A DNA stretch of 64,000 bases from an uncultured beta proteobacterium (GTDB lineage Bacteria > Pseudomonadota > Gammaproteobacteria > Burkholderiales > SG8-39). The position numbers and the translations under genes were made by a program. The notes under the pieces are model-generated. The model worked only from the letters and a program-made list of their open reading frames with translations. It ran no database searches and had not been told where the DNA came from. The DNA lies in NCBI GenBank assembly GCA_963747775.1, contig CAVVGT010000009.1:3409-67408 (forward strand). Reading direction: 5' to 3'. Positions 55,212 to 64,000 of the stretch are shown here, in pieces; the stretch's first letter is position 1, and each line of letters starts with the position of its first letter.

Positions 55212-55943
55212 TCAGGGCGTGCGGCCGGGGTCGAACACCTGTCGCTTCCAGAGTTCCCAGGGACGCTCCGACACCGAGCGGTTGGTCTCGTCGGAGCGGG
55301 CGGCCTCGTCGGCCTCGAGATAAGTGACGGTGCCGCCGAGCGCGATCGCCTTCTGCTGGGCCGCCGCATTCACTTCGGTGTAGATCGCCCGATAGACCGC
55401 CACCGGAATGCTCTCCGCTACGGCCACGAACCCGTGACCGCGCATCAGCAGAACGCCTTGCGCGCCGAGGTCGCCGGCGAGCGCCGCCCCCTGTTCCCGA
55501 TTGCGCACCAGCAGGTCGGTGCAGCCGAAGTGCTTGCGAATGTCGAAGACCGGCGCTCCGGCCGCGAGGAAGCTCCCCATGTGGTAGATGGGGCGCAGCT
55601 TCACCGAAGAGGCCGCGAACGGGATCACCGAGGGCGAGTGGCTGTGCACGATCGCGTTCACGTCCGCCCGCACGCGGAAGATCGCGCCGTGTATGAATCG
55701 CTCGAGATAGGGCTTGCGGGTGTCGCCGCCCTGCGCGTTGGAGTCGAGGTCGAACTCCATGATGTCGGCAGCGGAGACGAGTTCGGGGGCGCGGGAGCAG
55801 GCGAGCAGGAACCGGTCCGGCCGCTCCGGGTGGCGCGCACTGACGTGCCCGAACCCGTCGAGCACGCCATGGTGCGCGAGGATGCGATTGGCGGCGACGA
55901 GGTCCTCGACGAGGGCCGTCACCACGGCGCCGGGTGCGCTCAT
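55212..55943 (-). CDS. class II aldolase/adducin-domain protein
   Basis: 243 aa with GFGHVSARHP, AIVHSHSP and LMRGHGFVAV. Confidence 0.85.
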   Translation of the reverse strand: MSAPGAVVTALVEDLVAANRILAHHGVLDGFGHVSARHPERPDRFLLACSRAPELVSAADIMEFDLDSNAQGGDTRKPYLERFIHGAIFRVRADVNAIVHSHSPSVIPFAASSVKLRPIYHMGSFLAAGAPVFDIRKHFGCTDLLVRNREQGAALAGDLGAQGVLLMRGHGFVAVAESIPVAVYRAIYTEVNAAAQQKAIALGGTVTYLEADEAARSDETNRSVSERPWELWKRQVFDPGRTP

Positions 55944-55947
55944 TCGC

Positions 55948-57042
55948 TCAGATCACCGCTTCGTTGCCGCCGTCGAAGAAGTGCACGCGGCCGGGATCGA
56001 GCACCAGGCGGACGCTCTCGTGCATCTTGACGCGGACGCCCGGGTCGACCCGGGCCACCACGGACGCCGCGCCAACGCGCACGTCGAGCAGGATCTCGGA
56101 GCCGAGCGGCTCGACGACGTCGATCGTGGCGCCAAACGTGTAATCGGCGGGATCGGACCCGTTCGCGAGCCGCAGGGCCTCCGGCCGTACGCCGAGCGTC
56201 GCGCGCTTCCCGGCATACGCGCGCAGCCGCGCGCCGTGCTCGGGCGACACCTTCACGCGGAACCCGGGCGCCTCGGCCCAGATCGTGCCGGCCGCGTCCG
56301 CGATTGCCACGTCCAGGAAGTTCATCGCGGGCGACCCGATGAAGCCGGCGACAAACTTGTTGGCCGGCTTGCCGTAGAGCTCCATGGGCTCGCCCACCTG
56401 CTGCACCACGCCATCCTTCATTACGACGACGCGGTCACCGAGCGTCATCGCCTCGACCTGGTCGTGGGTGACGTAGACCGCCGTGGTCTCGAGCCGGTCG
56501 TGCAGCCGCTTGAGCTCGACCCGCATCTGGACCCGGAGTTTCGCGTCCAGATTGGACAGCGGCTCGTCGAAGAGGAAGAGCTGCGGATGTCGGACAATCG
56601 CGCGCCCGAGCGCGACGCGCTGGCGCTGACCGCCCGAGAGCTGGCGCGGCTTGCGGGCGAGCAGCGGCTGGATGCCGAGGATATCGGCCGCCGCCTGGAC
56701 GCGCTTCTCGATTTCCTCCTTCTTGAACTTGCGCATCTGCAGCCCGAACGCCATGTTGTCGTACACCGACTTGTGCGGGTACAGCGCGTAATTTTGGAAC
56801 ACCATCGCGATGTCGCGGTCCATCGGCGGGAGGTCGTTGACGATCCGGTCGCCGATGCGGATCTCGCCCGAGCTGATTTCCTCCAACCCCGCGATCATGC
56901 GCAGCGTCGTGGTCTTTCCGCAGCCAGAGGGACCGACGAAAACCATGAACTCCTTGTCGCGGATGTGCAGGTTCACGTCCTTCACTGCGTGGACGTTGCC
57001 GTCGTAATACTTGTTTATGCCCGTGAGTAAGACTTCAGCCAT
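55948..57042 (-). CDS. CUT1 sugar/glycerol-3-phosphate-type ABC ATPase (UgpC/MalK-like)
   Basis: GPSGCGKTT, LSGGQRQRVALGRA, FLFDEPLSNLD and a C-terminal TOBE-like region. Confidence 0.9.
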   Translation of the reverse strand: MAEVLLTGINKYYDGNVHAVKDVNLHIRDKEFMVFVGPSGCGKTTTLRMIAGLEEISSGEIRIGDRIVNDLPPMDRDIAMVFQNYALYPHKSVYDNMAFGLQMRKFKKEEIEKRVQAAADILGIQPLLARKPRQLSGGQRQRVALGRAIVRHPQLFLFDEPLSNLDAKLRVQMRVELKRLHDRLETTAVYVTHDQVEAMTLGDRVVVMKDGVVQQVGEPMELYGKPANKFVAGFIGSPAMNFLDVAIADAAGTIWAEAPGFRVKVSPEHGARLRAYAGKRATLGVRPEALRLANGSDPADYTFGATIDVVEPLGSEILLDVRVGAASVVARVDPGVRVKMHESVRLVLDPGRVHFFDGGNEAVI

Positions 57043-57044
57043 TG

Positions 57045-57896
57045 TCAGCCCTTGACTGAGCCGGTCAGGCCGGCGACGTAGTACTCAACGAAAAATGAGT
57101 AGACGAGCGCCACCGGCACCGAGCCGAGCAGCGCGCCCGCCATGAGCTGCCCCCAGAAGAAGATGTCACCGCGGATCAGCTCCGACACGACCCCCACCGG
57201 CACGGTCTTCTGGTCAACCGAGGAGAGAAAGACGAGCGCATAGATGAACTCGTTCCACGACAGGGTGAACGCAAAGATCCCTGCGGAGAGGATCCCCGGC
57301 ACCGCCACCGGAAAAATGATCCGCACCATTGCGCCGAACCGCGTCGCGCCATCGATCCGCGCGCACTCCTCGAGCTCCTTCGGAATCGTCTTGAAATAGC
57401 CCATGAGGAGCCAGGTGCAGAACGGGATCAGGAACGTCGGGTACGTCAGCATCAGCGCCCACGGAGTATTGCCGAGGTGCATGTTGCGGATGATGTCGGC
57501 GAGAGGGATGAAGAGCAGCGTCTGCGGCACCAGGTAGGTGATGAAGATTGCCGTACCGAGGAACTCCGAACCCTTGAACCGGAGCCGCGCAAGCGCGTAG
57601 CCCGCGAACATCCCGCAGATGAGCGAGATAATCGTCGAGACCATGGCGATCAGCATCGTATTCCACAGCCATTGCAGGAACTCTGTGCTCTCGAGCAGAC
57701 CCTTGAAGTGCTCCAGGGTTGGCGCGAGCGTCCAGAACGGCGTTGCGTTGGCCGCGCGCCAGGAGCGGTAGAGCTCCGGGTCCGGGCGGAATGCGGTCAC
57801 CGCCATCCAGTAGAACGGGAACAGCGTGAAGAGGATGAACACCGCCAGCGGGATGTAGAAGTACAGCACCTTCTTCCAGCGGCGCTCGATGACCAT
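57045..57896 (-). CDS. carbohydrate ABC transporter permease (MalG-type)
   Basis: Six-span permease with the EAA loop ELEECARIDGATRFGAMVRIIFP. Confidence 0.9.
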   Translation of the reverse strand: MVIERRWKKVLYFYIPLAVFILFTLFPFYWMAVTAFRPDPELYRSWRAANATPFWTLAPTLEHFKGLLESTEFLQWLWNTMLIAMVSTIISLICGMFAGYALARLRFKGSEFLGTAIFITYLVPQTLLFIPLADIIRNMHLGNTPWALMLTYPTFLIPFCTWLLMGYFKTIPKELEECARIDGATRFGAMVRIIFPVAVPGILSAGIFAFTLSWNEFIYALVFLSSVDQKTVPVGVVSELIRGDIFFWGQLMAGALLGSVPVALVYSFFVEYYVAGLTGSVKG

Positions 57897-57899
57897 CGC

Positions 57900-58859
57900 C
57901 TACGCGCCTTCCATCCGCTTGAGGTAGCGCAGCTGCACCCAGACCACTGCGAAAAGCACCGGGAACATGAAGAGCGAGATCGCCGCCCCCTGGCCGAGCA
58001 GGCCAGAGGCCACGCCGATCTGGTAGGCGTAGGTGGCGACGAGGTGAGTCGAGTTCGCCGGGCCTCCGCCAGTGAGCACGTAGATCAGCTGGAAGTCGGA
58101 GAACGTCTGGATGACCGAGAACACGACGACGACGAGCGTCACCGGCAGGAGCAGCGGCCAGGTGACGTGCCAGAAGCGGTGCCACGCATTCGCGCCGTCG
58201 AGCGCCGCCGCTTCGTGGAGGTCCGGGCTGATCGTCTGCAGGCCGGCGAGCAGTGTGATGGCGAAGAACGGCATGCCGCGCCAGGTGTTGACGAGGATTG
58301 CGCACCACATCGCGTAGTCGCCGTTCGACAGGAACGGCAGCCGGTCAGTGATCCAGCCGGCGTTGTAGAGCGCCCAGTTGATCACGCTGAAGGTCGGGTC
58401 GAACATCCAGCGCCAGGCAAACGTCGAGAGCACCGTCGGGATGATGAACGGCAGCAGCATCGAGGCGCGGATGATCCGCTTGAACTTGAAGTGGCGATTG
58501 AGGAGCAGCGCGAGCCACATTCCGAGCGAGAGCTTGAACACCGTCGCCCAGAACGTGTAGAAGACGGTGTTCTTGAACGCGGTCTGGAAGATCGTGTCCT
58601 CCCAGGCCTTGCTGAAATTCTCGATCCCGACGAACTTGCCCGCCACGCCGACGCTGATGTCGGTCAGCGCGAACCAGATCGCCATCACGAACGGATAGGC
58701 GATGAAGATCGTGAGGATGATTACGCCCGGCGCGAGCAGCGCCACGGCGAGGACGCGCTGATTCTCGAGCAGGCGCGTCCAGCGCGAGACGACGATTCGA
58801 TCGGCGGGTAGCGCCGCGCCTGCAGCGCTACCCGATCCCGCCACCACCGGATCCCTCAA
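57900..58859 (-). CDS. carbohydrate ABC transporter permease (MalF/UgpA-type)
   Basis: EAA loop LHEAAALDGANAWHRFWHVTWPLL. Confidence 0.9.
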   Translation of the reverse strand: MRDPVVAGSGSAAGAALPADRIVVSRWTRLLENQRVLAVALLAPGVIILTIFIAYPFVMAIWFALTDISVGVAGKFVGIENFSKAWEDTIFQTAFKNTVFYTFWATVFKLSLGMWLALLLNRHFKFKRIIRASMLLPFIIPTVLSTFAWRWMFDPTFSVINWALYNAGWITDRLPFLSNGDYAMWCAILVNTWRGMPFFAITLLAGLQTISPDLHEAAALDGANAWHRFWHVTWPLLLPVTLVVVVFSVIQTFSDFQLIYVLTGGGPANSTHLVATYAYQIGVASGLLGQGAAISLFMFPVLFAVVWVQLRYLKRMEGA

Positions 58860-58869
58860 GGTCGTCGAA

Positions 58870-60165
58870 TCAGACGTAGACCTTGCGCAGCTCGCCCGCG
58901 GCCCACTTGACCGAGTCCTCGGCCTTCATCTTGCCTTGGCATACCTGGGCGTACATGTCGGTGATGATGTATTTGTTCCACACCTCGGCCGCCTTCTTGT
59001 TCGGTTCGCCGGCATAGCCCATGGCGCGGCCCGTCAGCGAGGCCTTGCTGAAGGGCAGCATCACCGGGTCCTCTTTCCACATCGGGTGCTTCTCCCAGTC
59101 GCGCGTCGGCGCGATCGCGAAGCCCTTCTGCACCACGAACCACTTCTCGTAGTTCTCCTTGGTGTGGGCCCAGCGCAGGAAGTCCTTGGCGGCCTTCTGG
59201 TTCTTGGAGTACTTCATGACCATGTGCGTGAACGCGGTATGGTATGGAGCCTCGCCCGCGGGCCCTTTGGGCAGCGACGCGTGCAGGATGTCGGTGTGTA
59301 GCGGCGCGCCCTTCTCGGTCTTGAATTTGTCCCCGCCGCGTAGTGCAGCGACGTAGATCGACGCGCCGTTCAGCGTCGCGGAGATTTCCTGGGCGAGGAA
59401 CGCGCGGTTGTTGTTGGTGTCGTCCCAGGCGAGACCGCCCTCGTCGTGGGCGTCCTTCCAGAACGCGGCCATGAAGTTCACCGACTCGATCGTCTGCTTC
59501 GACTCGAGGATCACCTTCCCGGCCTTGTCGATCTCCTGCCCGCCATAGGACCACATGAAGGGATAGGTGAACGTCGGCGCATCGCCGAACGTGTGGCCGA
59601 GCGTCTGGCCGATCGGCCGCTTCGCTGCCTTGAGCTTCTTGCCAACCTCGCGGTACTGGTCCCACGTCGTCGGGAAGGTCTTCGCCCCGGCTTCTTCGAA
59701 CCAGGACTTGCGGTAGGCGATGAGCGCCGGCACCGTCGACCAAGGCATCGCCGCCCAGCGCGAGCCCACCTTGCACAGCGCTTGCGGCAGGGAGTAGATG
59801 CCGCCCTGCGCCTTGCCGACCTCCTCGGCGATGTCGCTCACGTCCACCCCGGACTCCGCGTACAGGTGGGGATAGTTGTTGAGGAGCATGAAGATGTCGG
59901 GGCCGTTGCCCGACTGGATCGCGGAGGTGGCGCGCGCCGGGATGTCGTTGGCGTTGATCGTCTCGACGTTCAGCCGGATTCCGAGCGATTTCGCCACGAC
60001 GGGCACGAACTCCTTGCGCCAGATCTCGTCGGCCGCCGGAACGAAATCGTTCCACCGCACGATGTGGATCGTGGTGCCTTGCGCGAACGCCGGCGCCATG
60101 CGGCTTGCGAGTATGCCCTGGAGACCTGCGGCGGCGGTTGCCTTGACGAATGTCCTGCGCTTCAT
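58870..60165 (-). CDS. ABC transporter extracellular solute-binding protein (family 1)
   Basis: Tat-like signal MKRRTFVKATAAAGLQGILASRMAPAFAQ. 431 aa. Confidence 0.9.
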   Translation of the reverse strand: MKRRTFVKATAAAGLQGILASRMAPAFAQGTTIHIVRWNDFVPAADEIWRKEFVPVVAKSLGIRLNVETINANDIPARATSAIQSGNGPDIFMLLNNYPHLYAESGVDVSDIAEEVGKAQGGIYSLPQALCKVGSRWAAMPWSTVPALIAYRKSWFEEAGAKTFPTTWDQYREVGKKLKAAKRPIGQTLGHTFGDAPTFTYPFMWSYGGQEIDKAGKVILESKQTIESVNFMAAFWKDAHDEGGLAWDDTNNNRAFLAQEISATLNGASIYVAALRGGDKFKTEKGAPLHTDILHASLPKGPAGEAPYHTAFTHMVMKYSKNQKAAKDFLRWAHTKENYEKWFVVQKGFAIAPTRDWEKHPMWKEDPVMLPFSKASLTGRAMGYAGEPNKKAAEVWNKYIITDMYAQVCQGKMKAEDSVKWAAGELRKVYV

Positions 60166-60362
60166 GCTGCCCTCCTCATGGACGGAGACGGATGGTTTTG
60201 TTCTATTTCTACTCGCGCGGCCGAGCCGCGTCAGTGCGCAGGGACTCTGTCACGCGACCTTGGCAAAGTCAACCGCGCGCCACCCGCGGCGGGCTTTGTC
60301 GCACAGCAACAGGGCGCCGCTGGATTGGTAGAATCCGCCCGCCCTCAACGATCGTTGCACAG

Positions 60363-60899
60363 ATGCAGAAACGAGCCGACGAACTTCTTCCGGATTGGCC
60401 GGCCGCGGCGCATCAGGTACTTAAGGCGCTCGGCGTATCGCAGGTCAGCTACGTCCCCGATGCCGGCCAGCGGCGTCTCATCGAGCTGTGCCAGGCGGAT
60501 GCCGCAATGTGTGCGGTGCCGCTGACGACCGAGGAGGAAGGCATCGGTCTGGCGGCGGGTGCGTGGCTCGGCGGCGCGCGCGCCGTGCTGCTGATGCAGT
60601 CGAGCGGCGTCGGCAACTGTCCGAACACCCTCGCAATGATGAAGTCGTGCGGGATCCCGTTCCTCGCACTGGTGACGATGCGCGGCGAATGGGGGGAGTT
60701 CAACCCGTGGCAGCTGCCGATGGGACAGACCACCGCCGCGACCCTCGAGCTCGCCGGCTGCGCGGTCTATCGGACCGAGACGCCGGAGGCCGTGGCGAGC
60801 GCAGTCGAGGCCGCCGGCCGGCTCGCGTTCGATGCCGGCGCCATGGCCGCGGTCCTGATCGCGCAGAAGCTGATCGGCACGAAGCACTTCAAGGACTGA
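60363..60899 (+). CDS. TPP-dependent decarboxylase, alpha subunit-like (sulfopyruvate/phosphonopyruvate decarboxylase ComD-type)
   Basis: 178 aa from MQKRADELL, with VSYVPDAG, TTEEEGIGLAAGAWLGG and LLMQSSGVGN (the N-terminal PYR domain of TPP enzymes). Confidence 0.7.
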   Translation: MQKRADELLPDWPAAAHQVLKALGVSQVSYVPDAGQRRLIELCQADAAMCAVPLTTEEEGIGLAAGAWLGGARAVLLMQSSGVGNCPNTLAMMKSCGIPFLALVTMRGEWGEFNPWQLPMGQTTAATLELAGCAVYRTETPEAVASAVEAAGRLAFDAGAMAAVLIAQKLIGTKHFKD

Positions 60900-61495
60900 T
60901 GATGGCCGACACCGCGACCCTGGACCGCCGCAACGTCGTCGCACGGCTCCTTGCCGACCGCGGCGACCTGCTCGTGGTCGCCGGGCTGGGTGCGCCGGCC
61001 TGGGACTGCACCGCCGCGGGCGACCATCCGCTGACCTTCCCGCTGTGGGGCGGCATGGGGTCGGCGGCGATGATCGGGCTGGGTCTCGCCCTCGCCCAGC
61101 CCGGGCGGCGCGTTCTCGTCATCACCGGGGACGGCGAGATGCTGATGGGGCTGGGCAGCCTCGCGACCATCGGGGTGCAGGCACCCGGCAATCTCGCGCT
61201 CGTCGTCCTAGACAACGAGCGGTACGGGGAGACCGGCATGCAGGCCACCGCGACGGCGCACGGCGTCGATCTCGCCGCCATCGCGCTCGCGTGCCGCTTC
61301 CGGCACGCGGCCGTGGTGCGAACCGGCACCGAGCTTGCCACCGCGCTCGGTCCGATCCGGTCCGAGCGCGGTCCGCTGCTCCATCAGGTGAAGGTCCGCG
61401 CGGACAAGCTGCCGCTCGTGCTGCCCCCGCGCGAGGGCGCGCACCTCAAGAACCGCTTTCGCGAAGCCCTGCTCGGGCCGCAGGCGCTCGCCTGA
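60899..61495 (+). CDS. TPP-dependent decarboxylase, beta subunit-like (ComE-type)
   Basis: 198 aa with the TPP-binding motif ITGDGEMLMGLGSLATIG...VVLDNERYGETG. The ATG overlaps the alpha stop (TGATG). Confidence 0.7.
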   Translation: MMADTATLDRRNVVARLLADRGDLLVVAGLGAPAWDCTAAGDHPLTFPLWGGMGSAAMIGLGLALAQPGRRVLVITGDGEMLMGLGSLATIGVQAPGNLALVVLDNERYGETGMQATATAHGVDLAAIALACRFRHAAVVRTGTELATALGPIRSERGPLLHQVKVRADKLPLVLPPREGAHLKNRFREALLGPQALA

Positions 61496-61591
61496 TTCCG
61501 CCGCGAAGTCGCTGCGGCGCAAGGCCTGGTTGTCCTCGCTCGTCCAGCTGCGCGGCTTCGCGACACGCCGCGGCCCTTTTTCGAGCCTCCC

Positions 61592-62950
61592 CTACGCCGC
61601 CGCGCGCTGCGCCGGCGCGAACTCGCGCTCCATCTCGCGGCGGATCCTCACCGCGTCGCTCGCCGCGTCGTATTGCACGTCGGTCCAGCGCACCGGCTGG
61701 CCCGCGGCGACCGGGTTCAGAAGCTTCACCTCGTGCGCGAGACCGAGCGGGAGGCCGCCGATCTCGAGCGATTCTTCCGCGGGGAAGAGCTTGCCGTACA
61801 CCGTGTAGCCGCCCTCCCCGTCGAGCATCTCGCCGGCCCTGAGATCGCGTTTCGCGGTTGCGACGACGTCGGCCCGGAAACCGGTGGCGCAGCCGGTCGG
61901 CTCGCGGCGCAGGCCGACCGAAGCGACCGAGATTCCGACCTCCAGGCCGATCAAGTGCCAGCGCTTGTACAGGCAGGCGTAACGGCCGGACGGATCGGTG
62001 CGCACACCGTACTCCGTGAAGCAGCGGCGGATGTACTCGGTGTCGCCCTCGAACACCACCCACACGCCGAACCGGATGTCGTAGGGAATGGCACGCCCGT
62101 CGGACTCGAGCGAGGAGACGACCTCGACCTGCCCCTTGTGATGCAGATGACCGCCTTCCTCGCGCGGCCGCATCACGAACGGCAGGTCGTCCACGCTCGA
62201 CGGCGGAAACGCCAGCCCCCACGGCGCCGGCGTCAGGCCCGTCGCGTTGCACACCGCCGTGCTCTCGATCGCCGGCTTGGAGCCGTCGAGGAACGAGTTG
62301 AACATCTTCGGGTTGAGCCCGCCGACGCGGGCCTGCTCCGGCGTGAGCCCGTAGTAGCCCCATACCGTCTCGGGGGTCGACTGCGCGAAGTGCGGCAGCC
62401 ACTTGTGTCCGCGCCCGGCCGCAACCACTTCGAAGCCGGCGGTGCGCGCCCAGTCGACGAGGTCGCAGATGAGCGCCGGCTGGTCGCCGTAGGCGAGGCT
62501 ATAGACGACCCCCGCCTCGGCCGCTCGCCGGGCGAGCAGCGGACCGCAGAACGCATCCGCTTCGACGGTCACGTTCACGACGTGCTTGCCGTGCCGGAAG
62601 GCGGCGAGCGCATGCGTGACGGCCGCCGGCGGATTCCCCGTCGCCTCGACGACGATGTCGATCGCGGGATGCGACACGAGCGCCTGCCAATCGTCCCCGA
62701 CATGCGTCGTGTGCTGCGCGAGCGCCGCGTCGAGCGATGCCGCGCCGTAGGTCTCCAGATTCCAGCCGACGCGCTGGAGATTCGTCCGCGCGTTCCCTGG
62801 CGCGAGGTCGGCGATGCCGACCAGGTGGATGCCCGGGGTCCTGGGCACCTGCGCGAGATACATGGCCGCGAACTTACCCGCGCCGATGACGCCGATCCGC
62901 AACGGCTTGCCCTGGGCTGCGCGCGCACGGAGCATTGCGTAGAGGTTCAT
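61592..62950 (-). CDS. NAD(P)-binding oxidoreductase with SAF-like C-terminal domain (COG4091-type)
   Basis: RIGVIGAGKFAAMY Rossmann N-terminus. 452 aa. The C-terminal ATAKRDLRAGEMLDGEGGYTVYG resembles an SAF domain. Confidence 0.7.
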   Translation of the reverse strand: MNLYAMLRARAAQGKPLRIGVIGAGKFAAMYLAQVPRTPGIHLVGIADLAPGNARTNLQRVGWNLETYGAASLDAALAQHTTHVGDDWQALVSHPAIDIVVEATGNPPAAVTHALAAFRHGKHVVNVTVEADAFCGPLLARRAAEAGVVYSLAYGDQPALICDLVDWARTAGFEVVAAGRGHKWLPHFAQSTPETVWGYYGLTPEQARVGGLNPKMFNSFLDGSKPAIESTAVCNATGLTPAPWGLAFPPSSVDDLPFVMRPREEGGHLHHKGQVEVVSSLESDGRAIPYDIRFGVWVVFEGDTEYIRRCFTEYGVRTDPSGRYACLYKRWHLIGLEVGISVASVGLRREPTGCATGFRADVVATAKRDLRAGEMLDGEGGYTVYGKLFPAEESLEIGGLPLGLAHEVKLLNPVAAGQPVRWTDVQYDAASDAVRIRREMEREFAPAQRAAA

Positions 62951-63009
62951 CGTCCCTCCTTGGACACGTCAACGCCGACCGCGCGCCGGACGCGGTCAGG
63001 CAAGCCGAG

Positions 63010-63300
63010 CTAGCGGCGCGCTTCGGCGCGCGGCTCGACGATCTGGACGAAGACCTCGTCCTGGCGAACCATGCCGAGTTCGAACCGTGCGCGCTCCTCG
63101 ATCGCCTCGGACCCCTGCTTGAGGTCCCTGACGTCGGCCTCGAGCGCATCGTTGCGCTCCTGCAGGCGGAGATTGTGCGCCTTCTGCGCCGCGAGCTGCC
63201 GGTCGTTGTCCCACGCGCGCACCCAGCCGCCCTTGCCCAGCCAGAGCGGGTACTGGATGAGGACGATCAGAACGCCCAGGATGATGCCGAGGACTCGCAT
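63010..63300 (-). CDS. ftsB: cell division protein FtsB
   Basis: 96 aa. TM start [20 protein letters not shown], then a coiled coil and [16 protein letters not shown]. It sits immediately downstream of eno, as in many beta/gamma-proteobacteria. Confidence 0.9.
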   Translation of the reverse strand: MRVLGIILGVLIVLIQYPLWLGKGGWVRAWDNDRQLAAQKAHNLRLQERNDALEADVRDLKQGSEAIEERARFELGMVRQDEVFVQIVEPRAEARR

Positions 63301-63434
63301 CGGGAAGGTCTAGGGGCGGGCCACGGGGTATCGCGAGGCAGCGCAGCTGGACGAGCGTGAACGACACCGGCTAACGCCCGATGTGGCCGTGCACTCGCGA
63401 TGTCGTGTGCCGAAAGCCCTCATTTAGTGCCTCT

Positions 63435-64000
<566 letters not shown>

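Overview
High-GC proteobacterial chromosomal window (the eno-ftsB pair at the right end suggests a beta/gamma-type core). I can support about 65 protein genes or gene remnants. There is no rRNA, no intact tRNA, no CRISPR array and no intact transposase or integrase. Many long ORFs in the track are Arg/Ala/Pro-rich antisense artefacts of the high GC and are not called. Layout: (i) 1-11.7 kb is a mosaic accessory stretch with visibly lower-GC, coding-poor patches. It holds small exported proteins (DUF2272, Yip1, DUF3574, PghP-like, PsiF-like), a SagB-type dehydrogenase coupled to a 2OG-oxygenase-like gene, remnants of restriction genes (hsdM C-terminal fragment, McrB-like N-terminal stub), an orphan flavin-halogenase-like gene and a tRNA-Asn 3' fragment. 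(ii) 11.9-24 kb holds DUF502, aqpZ, an M23 peptidase, a large Cys-rich SGNH hydrolase, a tight SBP56 (methanethiol-oxidase family)-ferredoxin-CoA-binding-OsmC-flavin monooxygenase cluster, a KstD-like flavoprotein and a truncated IclR gene. (iii) 24.2-32.5 kb is a sugar-type locus with three paralogous SDR epimerase/dehydratase genes, an ABM monooxygenase, a TIM-barrel isomerase and a CUT2-type ABC transporter. (iv) 32.5-42 kb contains three genes disrupted by indels (M14 carboxypeptidase, CPA2 antiporter, PAS histidine kinase) and a second, more degenerate tRNA-Asn 3' fragment. (v) 42.2-44.6 kb holds an MBL-fold lactonase-like gene and a Tat-signal GH1 beta-glucosidase. (vi) 44.7-55.1 kb is the most interesting feature. 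It is an 11-gene, translationally coupled, type II FAS/PKS-like lipid operon: KS, Cys-to-Ser KS partner, double-hotdog dehydratase, tailed ACP, KR, ER and LpxL-like acyltransferase. These are fused to an unusual tailoring module of an ICMT-type methyltransferase, two paralogous exported GHSQGG hydrolases and a condensation-like enzyme. (vii) 55.2-63 kb holds a class II aldolase, a CUT1 ABC transporter, a split TPP decarboxylase (ComDE-like) and an SAF-domain oxidoreductase. All family assignments come from motif recognition by eye; no searches were run.
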